From Thermoproteota archaeon (GTDB lineage: Archaea; Thermoproteota; Methanomethylicia; Methanomethylicales; Methanomethylicaceae), in the NCBI GenBank assembly GCA_030055575.1, contig JASFYL010000004.1, positions 1-46,456 of the forward strand: DNA of 46,456 nt. The letters are read 5' to 3'. The position numbers and the translations under genes were made by a program. How positions within the stretch are numbered: the stretch's first letter is position 1; every line of letters begins with the position of its first letter. Under the pieces are notes generated by a model, which saw only the letters and a program-made list of their open reading frames with translations, made no database searches and was not told the DNA's origin. Positions 9,077-17,832 of this stretch are shown one piece after another.

Positions 9077-9517
9077 ATGGTCGAGAGCATTACAGTAGTG
9101 GTTGCTGGTGGGGACGACATGTCCCCTGCCATCACTCTCGGTGAGCCGCTCGAATTAGAGGCGGTAGAACCAGACCAGATCAGGCAGGGGGATGTGATAG
9201 TGTTCAGGAGGTACGTCTTGATAGCCCACAGGGTGCTCTGGTCCGCTCGGATCCACGGTAGAACGTACTTCATCACAAGGGGCGACCAGTGCCCTTACAT
9301 AGATTCACCGGTGGACTCCCGGATCCTGGTCGGTAGGGCGAAGCGAAAGTGGCGGTGGGTGCAGACCTCTCTACGGAGCCGTATTCTTTTCTCGGTTGCC
9401 ATACTGTGGTACATCGTCGGTACAAAATTGATCAGGGGAAGGGCATTCAGGGTCCTTAATGCAAATGTGAGGAGGGTGGCAAGCATGTGCCTCCCAAAAC
9501 CGCCTGCAGATCGTTGA
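9077..9517 (+). CDS. S24/S26 signal-peptidase-like protein with atypical active site
   Basis: GGDDMSPAITLG (aligns to GxSMxP...G), GDVIVF, IAHRV, ITRGD, ILVGRA; hydrophobic C-terminal segment. Confidence 0.8.
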   Translation: MVESITVVVAGGDDMSPAITLGEPLELEAVEPDQIRQGDVIVFRRYVLIAHRVLWSARIHGRTYFITRGDQCPYIDSPVDSRILVGRAKRKWRWVQTSLRSRILFSVAILWYIVGTKLIRGRAFRVLNANVRRVASMCLPKPPADR

Positions 9518-9518
9518 A

Positions 9519-10598
9519 TCAAAGTATAGAGGAGTATATGTCGGCGAGCCTCCTGACGTGGTCTCGGATGGAGAAGAGTTCCACCGCCCGCCTCCTCGCC
9601 CGTTCTCCCATCCTGCGCCGCTGGGATTCGTCATCTATCAGCCTTGCTATCGCCTCAGCTAGGGCTTTGGGATCCCCCGGCTCGACCAGTATTCCAGTCT
9701 CGCCGTCTTCCACGATCTCTGGTAGCGCGCCGACCTTTGTTGCTACCACCGGCAGACCGCACGACATCGCCTCGACAGCCCCCAGACCGAATGGTTCCTG
9801 CCAGACGGAGGGGAAGACGCACAGGTCTGCGTCCCTGTAAAGGTCGGGCATGCGGCGGTAGGAAGGCACCTCTCTTATGGTCACGGAACTCAGCCTTTTT
9901 GCGGCAGTCCTGACCCTGGCGTCCGAGATTGCCTGCCAATCGACGGGCTCTGAGGTCTTGTATAGGAACGCGGAGCCTGCAATCACCCCTTCGAATTCTA
10001 TCCCCGCCCTCTCGAGCTGCATAAAGGCATCAAGGAGGACGAATATGCCCTTGTGGTGTATCCAAGCCCCGGTGAATACTACGCGGGGGCGCGGCGCATG
10101 AATCCTAACGGGGGGGGAAAAGAGGTCAGTGTCTATCCCGTTGTATAGCAGCAAACAGCGATCCTCCGGAATCGAGGGGTTCTTCTCCAGAAAGTCCTCC
10201 CTTATGAACTTGGAGCAGCATATGAAGAAACATCTCCCGTACTTCTCTCTTGCGAGGTCGTAGTAAGGCAGGGTAGTGGAGTTGTGGATATGGAGGATCA
10301 CCCTTGGGTGCCTCGACACCAGCGCGAGCATCGGAGCGTTTACAGAGTGCTGGATGTCATAGCCAGAGGTCCTTTCGCAGAACCAGAGGTAGTATTCCCT
10401 GCCTGTTTTTCCTGCGGGTTGGGAGGGGCACATCGCCTCTACCCTTGGGTGTTGCCCCACTGAGCCGAGTACGTAGTACCTCGCGTCGACGCCGAGGTCT
10501 AAGAGGTGATCGAGCTCAAGGAAGGTCACCCTCTCTGCTCCGCCGCAAATCTCAGGATCCACCACCACGAGGGGGCTGTTGAGGAATGCGACCCTCAC
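9519..10598 (-). CDS. Glycosyltransferase family 4 (GT-B)
   Basis: GGAERV, NGIDTDLF, HKG, EPFGLGAVE (Ex7E), AMSCGLPVVAT; GTG start overlaps the kinase stop. Confidence 0.93.
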   Translation of the reverse strand: MRVAFLNSPLVVVDPEICGGAERVTFLELDHLLDLGVDARYYVLGSVGQHPRVEAMCPSQPAGKTGREYYLWFCERTSGYDIQHSVNAPMLALVSRHPRVILHIHNSTTLPYYDLAREKYGRCFFICCSKFIREDFLEKNPSIPEDRCLLLYNGIDTDLFSPPVRIHAPRPRVVFTGAWIHHKGIFVLLDAFMQLERAGIEFEGVIAGSAFLYKTSEPVDWQAISDARVRTAAKRLSSVTIREVPSYRRMPDLYRDADLCVFPSVWQEPFGLGAVEAMSCGLPVVATKVGALPEIVEDGETGILVEPGDPKALAEAIARLIDDESQRRRMGERARRRAVELFSIRDHVRRLADIYSSIL

Positions 10599-11560
10599 CG
10601 CAACGCACCCTGTACTGCCTCGTAAAGTGAACGGTTCCCCCTGCCCACATAGAGGTCGAAGCAGGGTACTGATTCCGCGATCGAGGAGAATGCGGCGAAC
10701 GCCGCCCTAGCGTATTCCTGTGACGGCTCGAATATGCTCCCGGACTCGAGCAGAAAGTTCCTGACTAGCCTCGGGACGGTTTTGGCTGGGGTGGAAGGTC
10801 TGCACTCGCTCGACTCCGAGTTCCAGACGCTGGTGTTGAAAATAGCGACCGGCTTCACTGCTTCTTTCTGCACGGGGAAGTACTCCCCCAAGTTCACCCA
10901 TGAACCATCTGCGCCCGGATCGTACCTGCTCCTCTCGAAGGCTTTGCGCAGGGAAGGGAACCTCCTAACGGTCCCTGTGTGGATCATGCTCCGCAGGTAG
11001 AATGGGAAGACGAGGCTTTCCTTGAGGAGGACAACGTCGTCCGAGACCATCCTGTACCCGTTCTCCAACATTGTTAGCAGGCAGGTCGTCTTTCCAGACC
11101 CAGACACGCCGGTGAATATGAGGGCGCCTCCCCCAGGTCCCTGTGAGACCGAGGAACCGTGAATCCAGTGGAACCCCCTCCTCTCGAGCGCCTTCACGAC
11201 GAGGTGCTTTGAGAGGTAGCGAACCTTTTCGAAGATGCGCGCGCTCGGAGAGGCCCATATGGATACCTCGAGGCTCTCCGGAGAGGTGCAGATCAGGTAG
11301 TTACCAGGGTCGTGGATGTAGATCTTTCCCCGGTGGGCAAAGACGCTCGAAGAGGGGAAGACGGTAGAGACGCGAACAGCGCACTCTGGGAGGCGATCTT
11401 GGACAGGGTCCTCCTTTCGCATCACCAAAGACGCGTCTGACCGGAAGGATCCCGAGCCCGCGTGCTCCCGAAACTCCTCCATAAGATCCGCGGCGAGTTC
11501 GTCCATCTCGATTCTAAAGTAAACGGCTGCCCCATGAATGCTGCAAGTAAATTCTTTCAT
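10595..11560 (-). CDS. HprK-related P-loop kinase (lasso-peptide-kinase-like family)
   Basis: IHGSSV, Walker A GVSGSGKTT, VSDDVVLL; start moved to ATG 11560 because the longer ORF runs through the AT-rich divergent promoter. Confidence 0.85.
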   Translation of the reverse strand: MKEFTCSIHGAAVYFRIEMDELAADLMEEFREHAGSGSFRSDASLVMRKEDPVQDRLPECAVRVSTVFPSSSVFAHRGKIYIHDPGNYLICTSPESLEVSIWASPSARIFEKVRYLSKHLVVKALERRGFHWIHGSSVSQGPGGGALIFTGVSGSGKTTCLLTMLENGYRMVSDDVVLLKESLVFPFYLRSMIHTGTVRRFPSLRKAFERSRYDPGADGSWVNLGEYFPVQKEAVKPVAIFNTSVWNSESSECRPSTPAKTVPRLVRNFLLESGSIFEPSQEYARAAFAAFSSIAESVPCFDLYVGRGNRSLYEAVQGALR

Positions 11561-11565
11561 GGCTG

Positions 11566-11634
11566 TTCGTTTAAAAGAAGGATTGATCGGTATATATCTG
11601 CTTTTAACGGTCTGCAGAGGGGCAGGTTTTATAT
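11566..11634. promoter_or_regulatory. AT-rich divergent promoter between the kinase and PqqD genes
   Basis: TTTAAAA, TATATAT, TTTTAAC and TTTTATAT TATA-like boxes in a roughly 95 bp gap. Confidence 0.5.
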
Positions 11635-11656
11635 CGGTGCGGATTTCTTTCAAAAA

Positions 11657-11941
11657 ATGGTGAGCAGAGTGGGCAATCTTCTAGACCTCAAGCCATCGAA
11701 GAGCCCTGAGGTAGCCGAGAAGATAGGGTCCGTGACGATGCTCTTCGACGCCTCGTCTGGGAGGCTGTTTGAGCTAAACGAAACAGGAAAGACGGCTTGG
11801 ACCCTCCTCGACGGGAAGAGGAGTGTCAGGGAGGTGGCTGAGGCGATAGCAGCCGAGTATGGGATGGACCCGTCCCAGGTCGCTGAGGACCTGGCGAGGT
11901 TCGTAAAGGAGATGCTCGAGTTTAACCTCCTCAGAGCCTAA
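11657..11941 (+). CDS. Standalone PqqD-family RiPP recognition element (RRE), 94 aa
   Basis: LFDASSGRLFELNETGKTAWTLLDGKRSVREVAEAIAAEYGMD...DLARFVKEMLEFNLL matches the PqqD pattern; ATG at 11657 is in frame with ORF 11462..11941. Confidence 0.9.
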   Translation: MVSRVGNLLDLKPSKSPEVAEKIGSVTMLFDASSGRLFELNETGKTAWTLLDGKRSVREVAEAIAAEYGMDPSQVAEDLARFVKEMLEFNLLRA

Positions 11942-13169
11942 CGTGCTCCCGCTGAGGGGCAGACCGAAGCAGGTAGAAAGTCACATTCATCAAGTACCTT
12001 GAGAGCTCGCGATAGCACTTAAGCGCCGCCGGTGTGCCAGCCTCTCTAACCACGGCTGTTGATATGAACTCGACGTTAAGCTTGACCCTCTCCGGGAAGC
12101 TCCTAAAGGCGTCGTTTATCGTCAGCAACTCGGGGAATGGAGGTAGCCTCCTCTGCATGTAAATCGGGCAACCCCTGCACCAACCCCCGGGGCAGCGCGA
12201 GACCCCGCACACCGAGGAGAATCTGACCGGGAAGCTCACCTTCATCTCATCTGGGATCCTCATGGGGATTTCCCTGAGGGCAGAGGGGACCCCCCTTCCC
12301 AAGGACTCTAGTAGCCATCGGTACAGCGAGACCGGAAGGGCGATGACCCCCCACCAAGACGGGCTGCTGAGCCTTCTGCTAATCGCGCCCCAATCTAGGT
12401 TGGGGAATCTGGCAGATATAGCGTCGATGTCGCAGAGATCCCTGAGCTTCACCTCCCCGTCCCTGAAGGCGTTCATCGCAGTCACGAGGACCATAGACTC
12501 GGGAGGCACCATCCCGAACCTGATCCCACCTGCCTCGACCCTGGAGGCTGACTCCCACAGGCCGTCTATAGCAGGGTATCCAAAGAGGTGCGAGACGCCG
12601 GGAAGGCGGGAGTGGAGCTCTACGCTGAGCTCCAACCTATTCCTTCCTTCCTTCACCATCTTGACATGGTAGGCATCGCTCCCCGACACCAGCTTCCTGT
12701 AGCCTAGCCTCTCAAGCAGATCTCTAGCCCTCGCCAGCTCTTTCCGGTTCGGGATCAGGAGATCCATGTCGGAGTAGTCCCGCATAACCCCGGGCGGGTA
12801 AACCACCGAGTCAAGAAGAACCCCCTTGAAAGGAAGAAATGAAACGCCTGCCCTTGCGAGCGCCTTCATTGCCTTCTTGTACTCAGATCTCCTTGCTAAT
12901 TGGGCAGAGAGCATTTGCAGGTACGCGGGTCGGTAAGACTTCAGGTAGGAGTCATTGTCTTGCCTTGAAAGGACGGATTGGAGGCGTTCGTAGACCTGCA
13001 AGAAGATGCGGTTCCTATGGGCAAGGCTCAGAAGTGCACCCCAATCCAAGCCCCCCGAGAGGTCGCCCTCAACATTTGCTGCGCGCCCTTCCCAACTCAA
13101 GGCGGGCAAGAGGCTTATGAGGATCCTCTGCTCCCTAACCGAGATATCATTCAACCCACTTAACCACAA
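11931..13169 (-). CDS. Nucleotidyltransferase family protein (NTP_transf_5-like)
   Basis: LDWGALLSLAHRNRI, FKGVLL..VVYP...RDYSDMDLLI, VELH, LCDI, LDW motifs; start uncertain (TTG 13169 or 13154). Confidence 0.85.
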   Translation of the reverse strand: MWLSGLNDISVREQRILISLLPALSWEGRAANVEGDLSGGLDWGALLSLAHRNRIFLQVYERLQSVLSRQDNDSYLKSYRPAYLQMLSAQLARRSEYKKAMKALARAGVSFLPFKGVLLDSVVYPPGVMRDYSDMDLLIPNRKELARARDLLERLGYRKLVSGSDAYHVKMVKEGRNRLELSVELHSRLPGVSHLFGYPAIDGLWESASRVEAGGIRFGMVPPESMVLVTAMNAFRDGEVKLRDLCDIDAISARFPNLDWGAISRRLSSPSWWGVIALPVSLYRWLLESLGRGVPSALREIPMRIPDEMKVSFPVRFSSVCGVSRCPGGWCRGCPIYMQRRLPPFPELLTINDAFRSFPERVKLNVEFISTAVVREAGTPAALKCYRELSRYLMNVTFYLLRSAPQREHVRL

Positions 13170-13233
13170 CCAAATAAAAGAGAGGGAGGATAAATGGGTT
13201 TGGATCGGTTTGGATAGGAGTTGGCTGGTTACT

Positions 13234-14382
13234 TTGAGGGTAGCCGCAACAGTGCCTTGGAGCCTCCAGTGGGAGCATACTGGCCTCTCGAAGCGGCTAA
13301 TGGGGCAGATCTCTGCTATCGCCTCATCCGGAGTAGAGATAGAGCTATTCTCACATGGTGAGGAAGCTGACTATGGGGCGTTCAGTAACAGGAGGGTGCG
13401 GGCAACGGTCTTCGAGGGGGAAGATCCGAACCTCCCTCTACTGAACTCGTTGAGCTTCAGCCTGGCCTTCTCGGAGGTCGCGAAGGGGCTCGAATGTGAC
13501 TTGCTCCACTGCTTCAACACTACTGCGCTCTTCTTGGATGAAGAGGAATATCTCCTCCAGATGCTCAACCCCACCTCGGCTTTCGTGAAGGAGATGCTGC
13601 AGGGGGAGTACCCCGAGGAAGGGATGTATGCGAACAAGATGCGTTCCTATGAGGTTATGTCCTCGATGGAGAGGAGGGAGGGCGCAAGGGCAGAGCTCGT
13701 CATTGTCTCCTCGGAACTTGCCAAGCGCAACTTAGTAAGGCTCTACGGGATCCCCGAGAGTAAAATCAGAGTCATCCCTACCGGGGTCTCGCCGTCCGAG
13801 GTAGACCAGAGCTACGAGAAGAAGGAGGAGGGGCTGAAGGTCGTACTGTATCCGAACAGGGTCTCGGTGATGAAGGGCTTTAGGTACATGGCCGAGGCGA
13901 TGTTGGAGATCAGAAAGTCGTTCCCTTCCGCAGTCATGATCGTGTTGGGCAGGATAGACAAGTTCGATTATGGGGTTGTATCCCCCCATTTGAAGGTGCT
14001 GAGGGACGCCGGGTGCGTTTCGATAGGTGGGTTCGTGGACAGGGCGCGGTTGAGAGAGTACTACAAGATGGCGGACGTGGTGGTCGTTCCCTCACTTTGC
14101 GACGACCTCAGCCTCTCACTCCTCGAGGCCGTAGCCATGTCGACCCCTGTAGTGGCGACGGAAAACACAGGTTTCCCAGAGGTTGACGAGGTCGGGGTGA
14201 AGGTCAGACCCAAGGACGGGGGCGAGATCGCCGATGCGGTGATCAGTTTGTTGTCGGACAGGCGGATCTACAGAGAGAAGAGGGAGGGCGCAAAGGCGGT
14301 GATAGGGAGGTACTTGTGGCCCAGTATAGGGAAGAGGTACCTCGAGGCATACAGAGAGGTTCAACCCAGCTCAAGCAGATAG
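13234..14382 (+). CDS. Glycosyltransferase family 4 (GT-B)
   Basis: KIRVIPTGV, MKG, DVVVVPS, DDLSLSLLEA (Dx7E variant), TPVVAT; likely TTG start at 13234, since the longer ORF overlaps the opposite-strand gene. Confidence 0.88.
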   Translation: MRVAATVPWSLQWEHTGLSKRLMGQISAIASSGVEIELFSHGEEADYGAFSNRRVRATVFEGEDPNLPLLNSLSFSLAFSEVAKGLECDLLHCFNTTALFLDEEEYLLQMLNPTSAFVKEMLQGEYPEEGMYANKMRSYEVMSSMERREGARAELVIVSSELAKRNLVRLYGIPESKIRVIPTGVSPSEVDQSYEKKEEGLKVVLYPNRVSVMKGFRYMAEAMLEIRKSFPSAVMIVLGRIDKFDYGVVSPHLKVLRDAGCVSIGGFVDRARLREYYKMADVVVVPSLCDDLSLSLLEAVAMSTPVVATENTGFPEVDEVGVKVRPKDGGEIADAVISLLSDRRIYREKREGAKAVIGRYLWPSIGKRYLEAYREVQPSSSR

Positions 14383-14511
14383 ACACCGCGTGTTCCGACC
14401 TGCTCATCCCAAATCTCCTTCACCGCGGGAGGAGAGTACACCTTCGGGCTTACTGACATATGCTAGAATTTGGTTTCGAGAGGATATATGCTTTTCCAGA
14501 ACATGCTTGAT

Positions 14512-16665
14512 TCAGCAGCCGCCGTATGGGATGAGGGCATGCACTGAAAATCTGTTGAACTCGACTAAGGGCTCGGAGATCATCTTTTCCACCGGGGCAG
14601 GGGTCTCGTAAGATCTCATCAGGACCACGTAGGCTTGACGCGAAGGGTCAAGGCTATCGTAGAATGATCTTATCGACTCTCCGGTTTCATTGAGGTTGGT
14701 CATTGCCCTGAGGTCCCTGTCCGAGATCGTGGTTATCCCTCTAGCGAACTGCCACCGGACGGTCGGATTCGAAGGGTCAAGAGAACGGGAGCGTGAATAG
14801 TCCGGATAGAGCACTAGGGAATCCTGAGGCGTGTTCTCGTTCAGCCACCGGAGCAGAGCCACTAGGTCTTCTGGGACTTTAGGATCATTAACAGCATAAT
14901 GGTAGTCCAGGTACAGCGTGGAGGTGAAAGAGAGCGCGACGAGTATGGCAACGCCCGCCCTGACGGGCAGCCTGAGGATCCTTGCGGGGGAGCGTTCGGG
15001 GAGCCTCTTCCACAGCCAGAGGACTCCATATGCTCCCAAGATGGAGAGGGCTGGGTGAAGGAAGGCGTTCATCCGGGTGCCCCACCAGAGGCTCCCCAGC
15101 AGCAAAGCTAGCCCTGCCCACGCTGCCGCTATCTTGAACCAGCCCTCCTTCCAGGAAACGACCGCTGCTCCGATCAGCGCCAAGAAACCCAAGATCCCGT
15201 ATCTGGTGATGTAAAGGTACAAGGGGAAGGTAAATTCCACAGAAACCTCGGGGGCGGATGGGGAGCCGAGGAGGTAAGGCAGCCCAGAGGCGTATGCAGA
15301 CGCAAGCATGATTATAAACAGTAGTTTCACGTAGGCGGAGGCTGCAGGGAGCAAAACACGGCTGGACATCCGAGCGCGCAGGCGAGAGAAAGCGACTGCG
15401 AGAATTGTGAGACCCGCAACCCCACCAAGGGCAAGGAGTGCAAACCTGGTGCTGATAGCAAAGAAGGGGATCTTCTCCACAAGAAGCGATGTGTTCAGCC
15501 ACCCAGTCATCAACTCGATGCCAAGGAACACTGCTGCAGAGGAGGCTGCTAGGAGAAACAGGCTGAAGACACCCTTTCTCGTCGGAGAGGCGAACAGGAA
15601 TATTAGTAGAAAAACGGGCGCTAAGAAGCCAGGCAGCATATGTATAAGGAAGGAGGAGAGGAAGAGCACTGCTGATGCGAAGATAGCGGAAAGGCTTTGC
15701 CTTATCCGGGTGGAACCTAGCGCGACGATGAATATAGCGAATGAGGAGAATACTTGGACTACAGATATCATCTTGTAGGTGAGGTCTATCGCGCCCCATG
15801 CAAATGGCATGAAATACATGTCCTGTGTGATGTTGCTTACAGTCCAGAAACTGAGTTTCGGGAAAATGAAAGTGTGTATGAAATAGCCGAGTCCCGCGCT
15901 GAAGGAGTATAACAGGGATGCCAGGACTGCTGAGGAGTCTGTCATCTTGAAGACACGCTTCGCCATCGCGTAGAAAACGAGCACGTTCAAGCCGGAGAGC
16001 AGGAAGAAGAGCGCGTTGGCATTGACTACAGGGATCCCCATAGAAACGGAATACCCAGCAATCATAAATCCGAAAAATACAGGGTAGTATGATCTGTGGA
16101 AAAAATTCCAAACATCGACGCCATTTATGAGTTCAACAGCAGGAGTTATCGCCACCCACTGATCCCCAGGGATCAGGTAAAGGTGCCTGGCGAAGACTAG
16201 ACCCGAGATGGCAGAAGAAGAGGCGGCAGCTAATATCAGTGCGCAGTGGGGGGGCGAGATCTTCGGAGCTGGCGGATGTTCCTTGAAACGCGTCGAGAGT
16301 GCGAACATCAGGGACGTAATTACGATGGCGAGGACAGGGAACGTCGAAATGGAACCGAAGAGGTAGTTGGAAAAAAAACCAAAGAGCCCATTGAACGCGA
16401 AGGAAAGGCAGACCGAAAGAGGGATCGCGCAACCCCACCCCACCCTCTGGTCTAGTCCCGTGATCCTCATGAAAAGACCCCCGGGCAGATAAGTGAGACC
16501 AGCTAGCCAGACCAACGAGCGGAGGTACTGAAGGGGACCTATTTCGCTCCATAGGGATATTGGCGCCACGGAGGCGGGGATCAATAGGGTGACCGCCATA
16601 GAGGATATCAGCGCGAAAACCGCCCAGTTCCATGGATCCTTCTTAGGCATGCCGCCGTCCTTCAT
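14512..16665 (-). CDS. Large polytopic membrane protein of glycosylation loci (GT-C-like or glycan polymerase/transferase-like)
   Basis: 717 aa, many TM helices, GDQW and YYP loop motifs, C-terminal soluble WLNENTP.DS.VL segment typical of GT-C-like archaeal proteins; co-oriented with GT genes. Confidence 0.6.
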   Translation of the reverse strand: MKDGGMPKKDPWNWAVFALISSMAVTLLIPASVAPISLWSEIGPLQYLRSLVWLAGLTYLPGGLFMRITGLDQRVGWGCAIPLSVCLSFAFNGLFGFFSNYLFGSISTFPVLAIVITSLMFALSTRFKEHPPAPKISPPHCALILAAASSSAISGLVFARHLYLIPGDQWVAITPAVELINGVDVWNFFHRSYYPVFFGFMIAGYSVSMGIPVVNANALFFLLSGLNVLVFYAMAKRVFKMTDSSAVLASLLYSFSAGLGYFIHTFIFPKLSFWTVSNITQDMYFMPFAWGAIDLTYKMISVVQVFSSFAIFIVALGSTRIRQSLSAIFASAVLFLSSFLIHMLPGFLAPVFLLIFLFASPTRKGVFSLFLLAASSAAVFLGIELMTGWLNTSLLVEKIPFFAISTRFALLALGGVAGLTILAVAFSRLRARMSSRVLLPAASAYVKLLFIIMLASAYASGLPYLLGSPSAPEVSVEFTFPLYLYITRYGILGFLALIGAAVVSWKEGWFKIAAAWAGLALLLGSLWWGTRMNAFLHPALSILGAYGVLWLWKRLPERSPARILRLPVRAGVAILVALSFTSTLYLDYHYAVNDPKVPEDLVALLRWLNENTPQDSLVLYPDYSRSRSLDPSNPTVRWQFARGITTISDRDLRAMTNLNETGESIRSFYDSLDPSRQAYVVLMRSYETPAPVEKMISEPLVEFNRFSVHALIPYGGC

Positions 16666-16697
16666 GTCCTGAATTGTAAGTTGGATTCTTAAAAAAG

Positions 16698-17819
16698 TTA
16701 ACTAGGACTGCACGATCTAATCTTACTGTAAAGATCCAAAACCCTCATGACTATAATGGAGATCTCATAGTTTTTCCTAATGTGGAACGCTGCCCTCTCG
16801 CCCATACGCCTGAGTAGACACCTGTCTCCAAGTAGACCGCTTATAGCCATCCCCAAGGCGCGGTGGTCTCCCGGCGGAACCAGGATGCCAGTCTCTCCGC
16901 TACGTACAACAGAACTTATTCCCGGGATGTCGGATCCGACCACCGGGTTCCCGCAAGACATGGCCTCGAGGAGTGAGAGGGGCATCCCCTCGCTAAAGGA
17001 GGGCATGACGAAGAGGGTGGATGAGCGGAGTATCCGAGCAACTTCGCAGCGGCTCACCGCACCAGTGAACACGAAGCGTTCATACACGCCTAAGCGTTCA
17101 GCCATTTCTTCGATTCTTTGGCGGAGCGGCCCGTCGCCGACCAGCATAAACCTGATATTCCTCGAGGTCTTGATTACCTCGACCGCAGCCCTCAGCAAGG
17201 TCGGTAAGCCCTTCTCCTCGACGAACCTTCCGGTCCACACTATGGTGTCTGAGTCTTTATCTCTGGGCCCAGGGCGGAATAATGTTGTATCGACCCCGTT
17301 GGGGATTATGGAGATCTTCTCCCATGGGCACCCAAGCCGGTTTGCTTCGACCGCGTCGCTCTCGGTGAGACACCTCACGGCTGAGGCCGCCCTGAAGACT
17401 AATCTGGAGAGCGTGTTCAGGTAGGCGAACTGGGCGAGGTTCAACGCCCCTTTTCTTGGGGCTTTGATCCCGTTCACGGTCACTACCGAAGGTATCCCCA
17501 TCCGGCGAGCGTAGAGTACAGCCTGGAGAGAAGTCAGGAAAAGGTGGGATTGGCAGTCCACTACTTCCGCCTGCGAATATTCAAAGGCACTCCCAACGTG
17601 CTTCAAGAGAGGGAAGATCGTTCCGTGAATGGGCAAGAGGTTTACCCCTGGCAGCTCTATCAGATCGATTCCGGGCTCGACCAGAGAGATCCTAGTTTCG
17701 CCCAAACCCTTAACCCAGGTCATGACAAAGGGTTGCTCCCCTCTCATCAGCAGTAGTCTGGGAAGTTCGAATGTCACGTCTCTATAATGCCAGTAGGGGT
17801 GCACCAACAGGATCTTCAA
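16698..17819 (-). CDS. Glycosyltransferase family 4 (GT-B)
   Basis: KILLVHP start (TTG 17819), IPNGVDTTLF, GRFVEEKG, EGMPLSLLEAMSCG (Ex7E). Confidence 0.93.
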   Translation of the reverse strand: MKILLVHPYWHYRDVTFELPRLLLMRGEQPFVMTWVKGLGETRISLVEPGIDLIELPGVNLLPIHGTIFPLLKHVGSAFEYSQAEVVDCQSHLFLTSLQAVLYARRMGIPSVVTVNGIKAPRKGALNLAQFAYLNTLSRLVFRAASAVRCLTESDAVEANRLGCPWEKISIIPNGVDTTLFRPGPRDKDSDTIVWTGRFVEEKGLPTLLRAAVEVIKTSRNIRFMLVGDGPLRQRIEEMAERLGVYERFVFTGAVSRCEVARILRSSTLFVMPSFSEGMPLSLLEAMSCGNPVVGSDIPGISSVVRSGETGILVPPGDHRALGMAISGLLGDRCLLRRMGERAAFHIRKNYEISIIVMRVLDLYSKIRSCSPS

Positions 17820-17832
17820 AGCGCATTCCCCA

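Noticed and set aside
11462-11656. N-terminal extensions of the PqqD and kinase ORFs
   Set aside because: They overlap each other across an AT-rich promoter; the downstream ATGs give family-typical lengths
7463-13169. Calling the cassette PQQ biosynthesis or a lasso peptide cluster
   Set aside because: No pqqA/B/C, no lasso cyclase and no B2 protease in the window; the rSAM has a twitch pattern rather than a PqqE-type SPASM
14888-16111. 407-aa alternative-frame ORF on the minus strand
   Set aside because: Lies entirely within the 717-aa membrane protein gene, with composition typical of an off-frame read of hydrophobic codons
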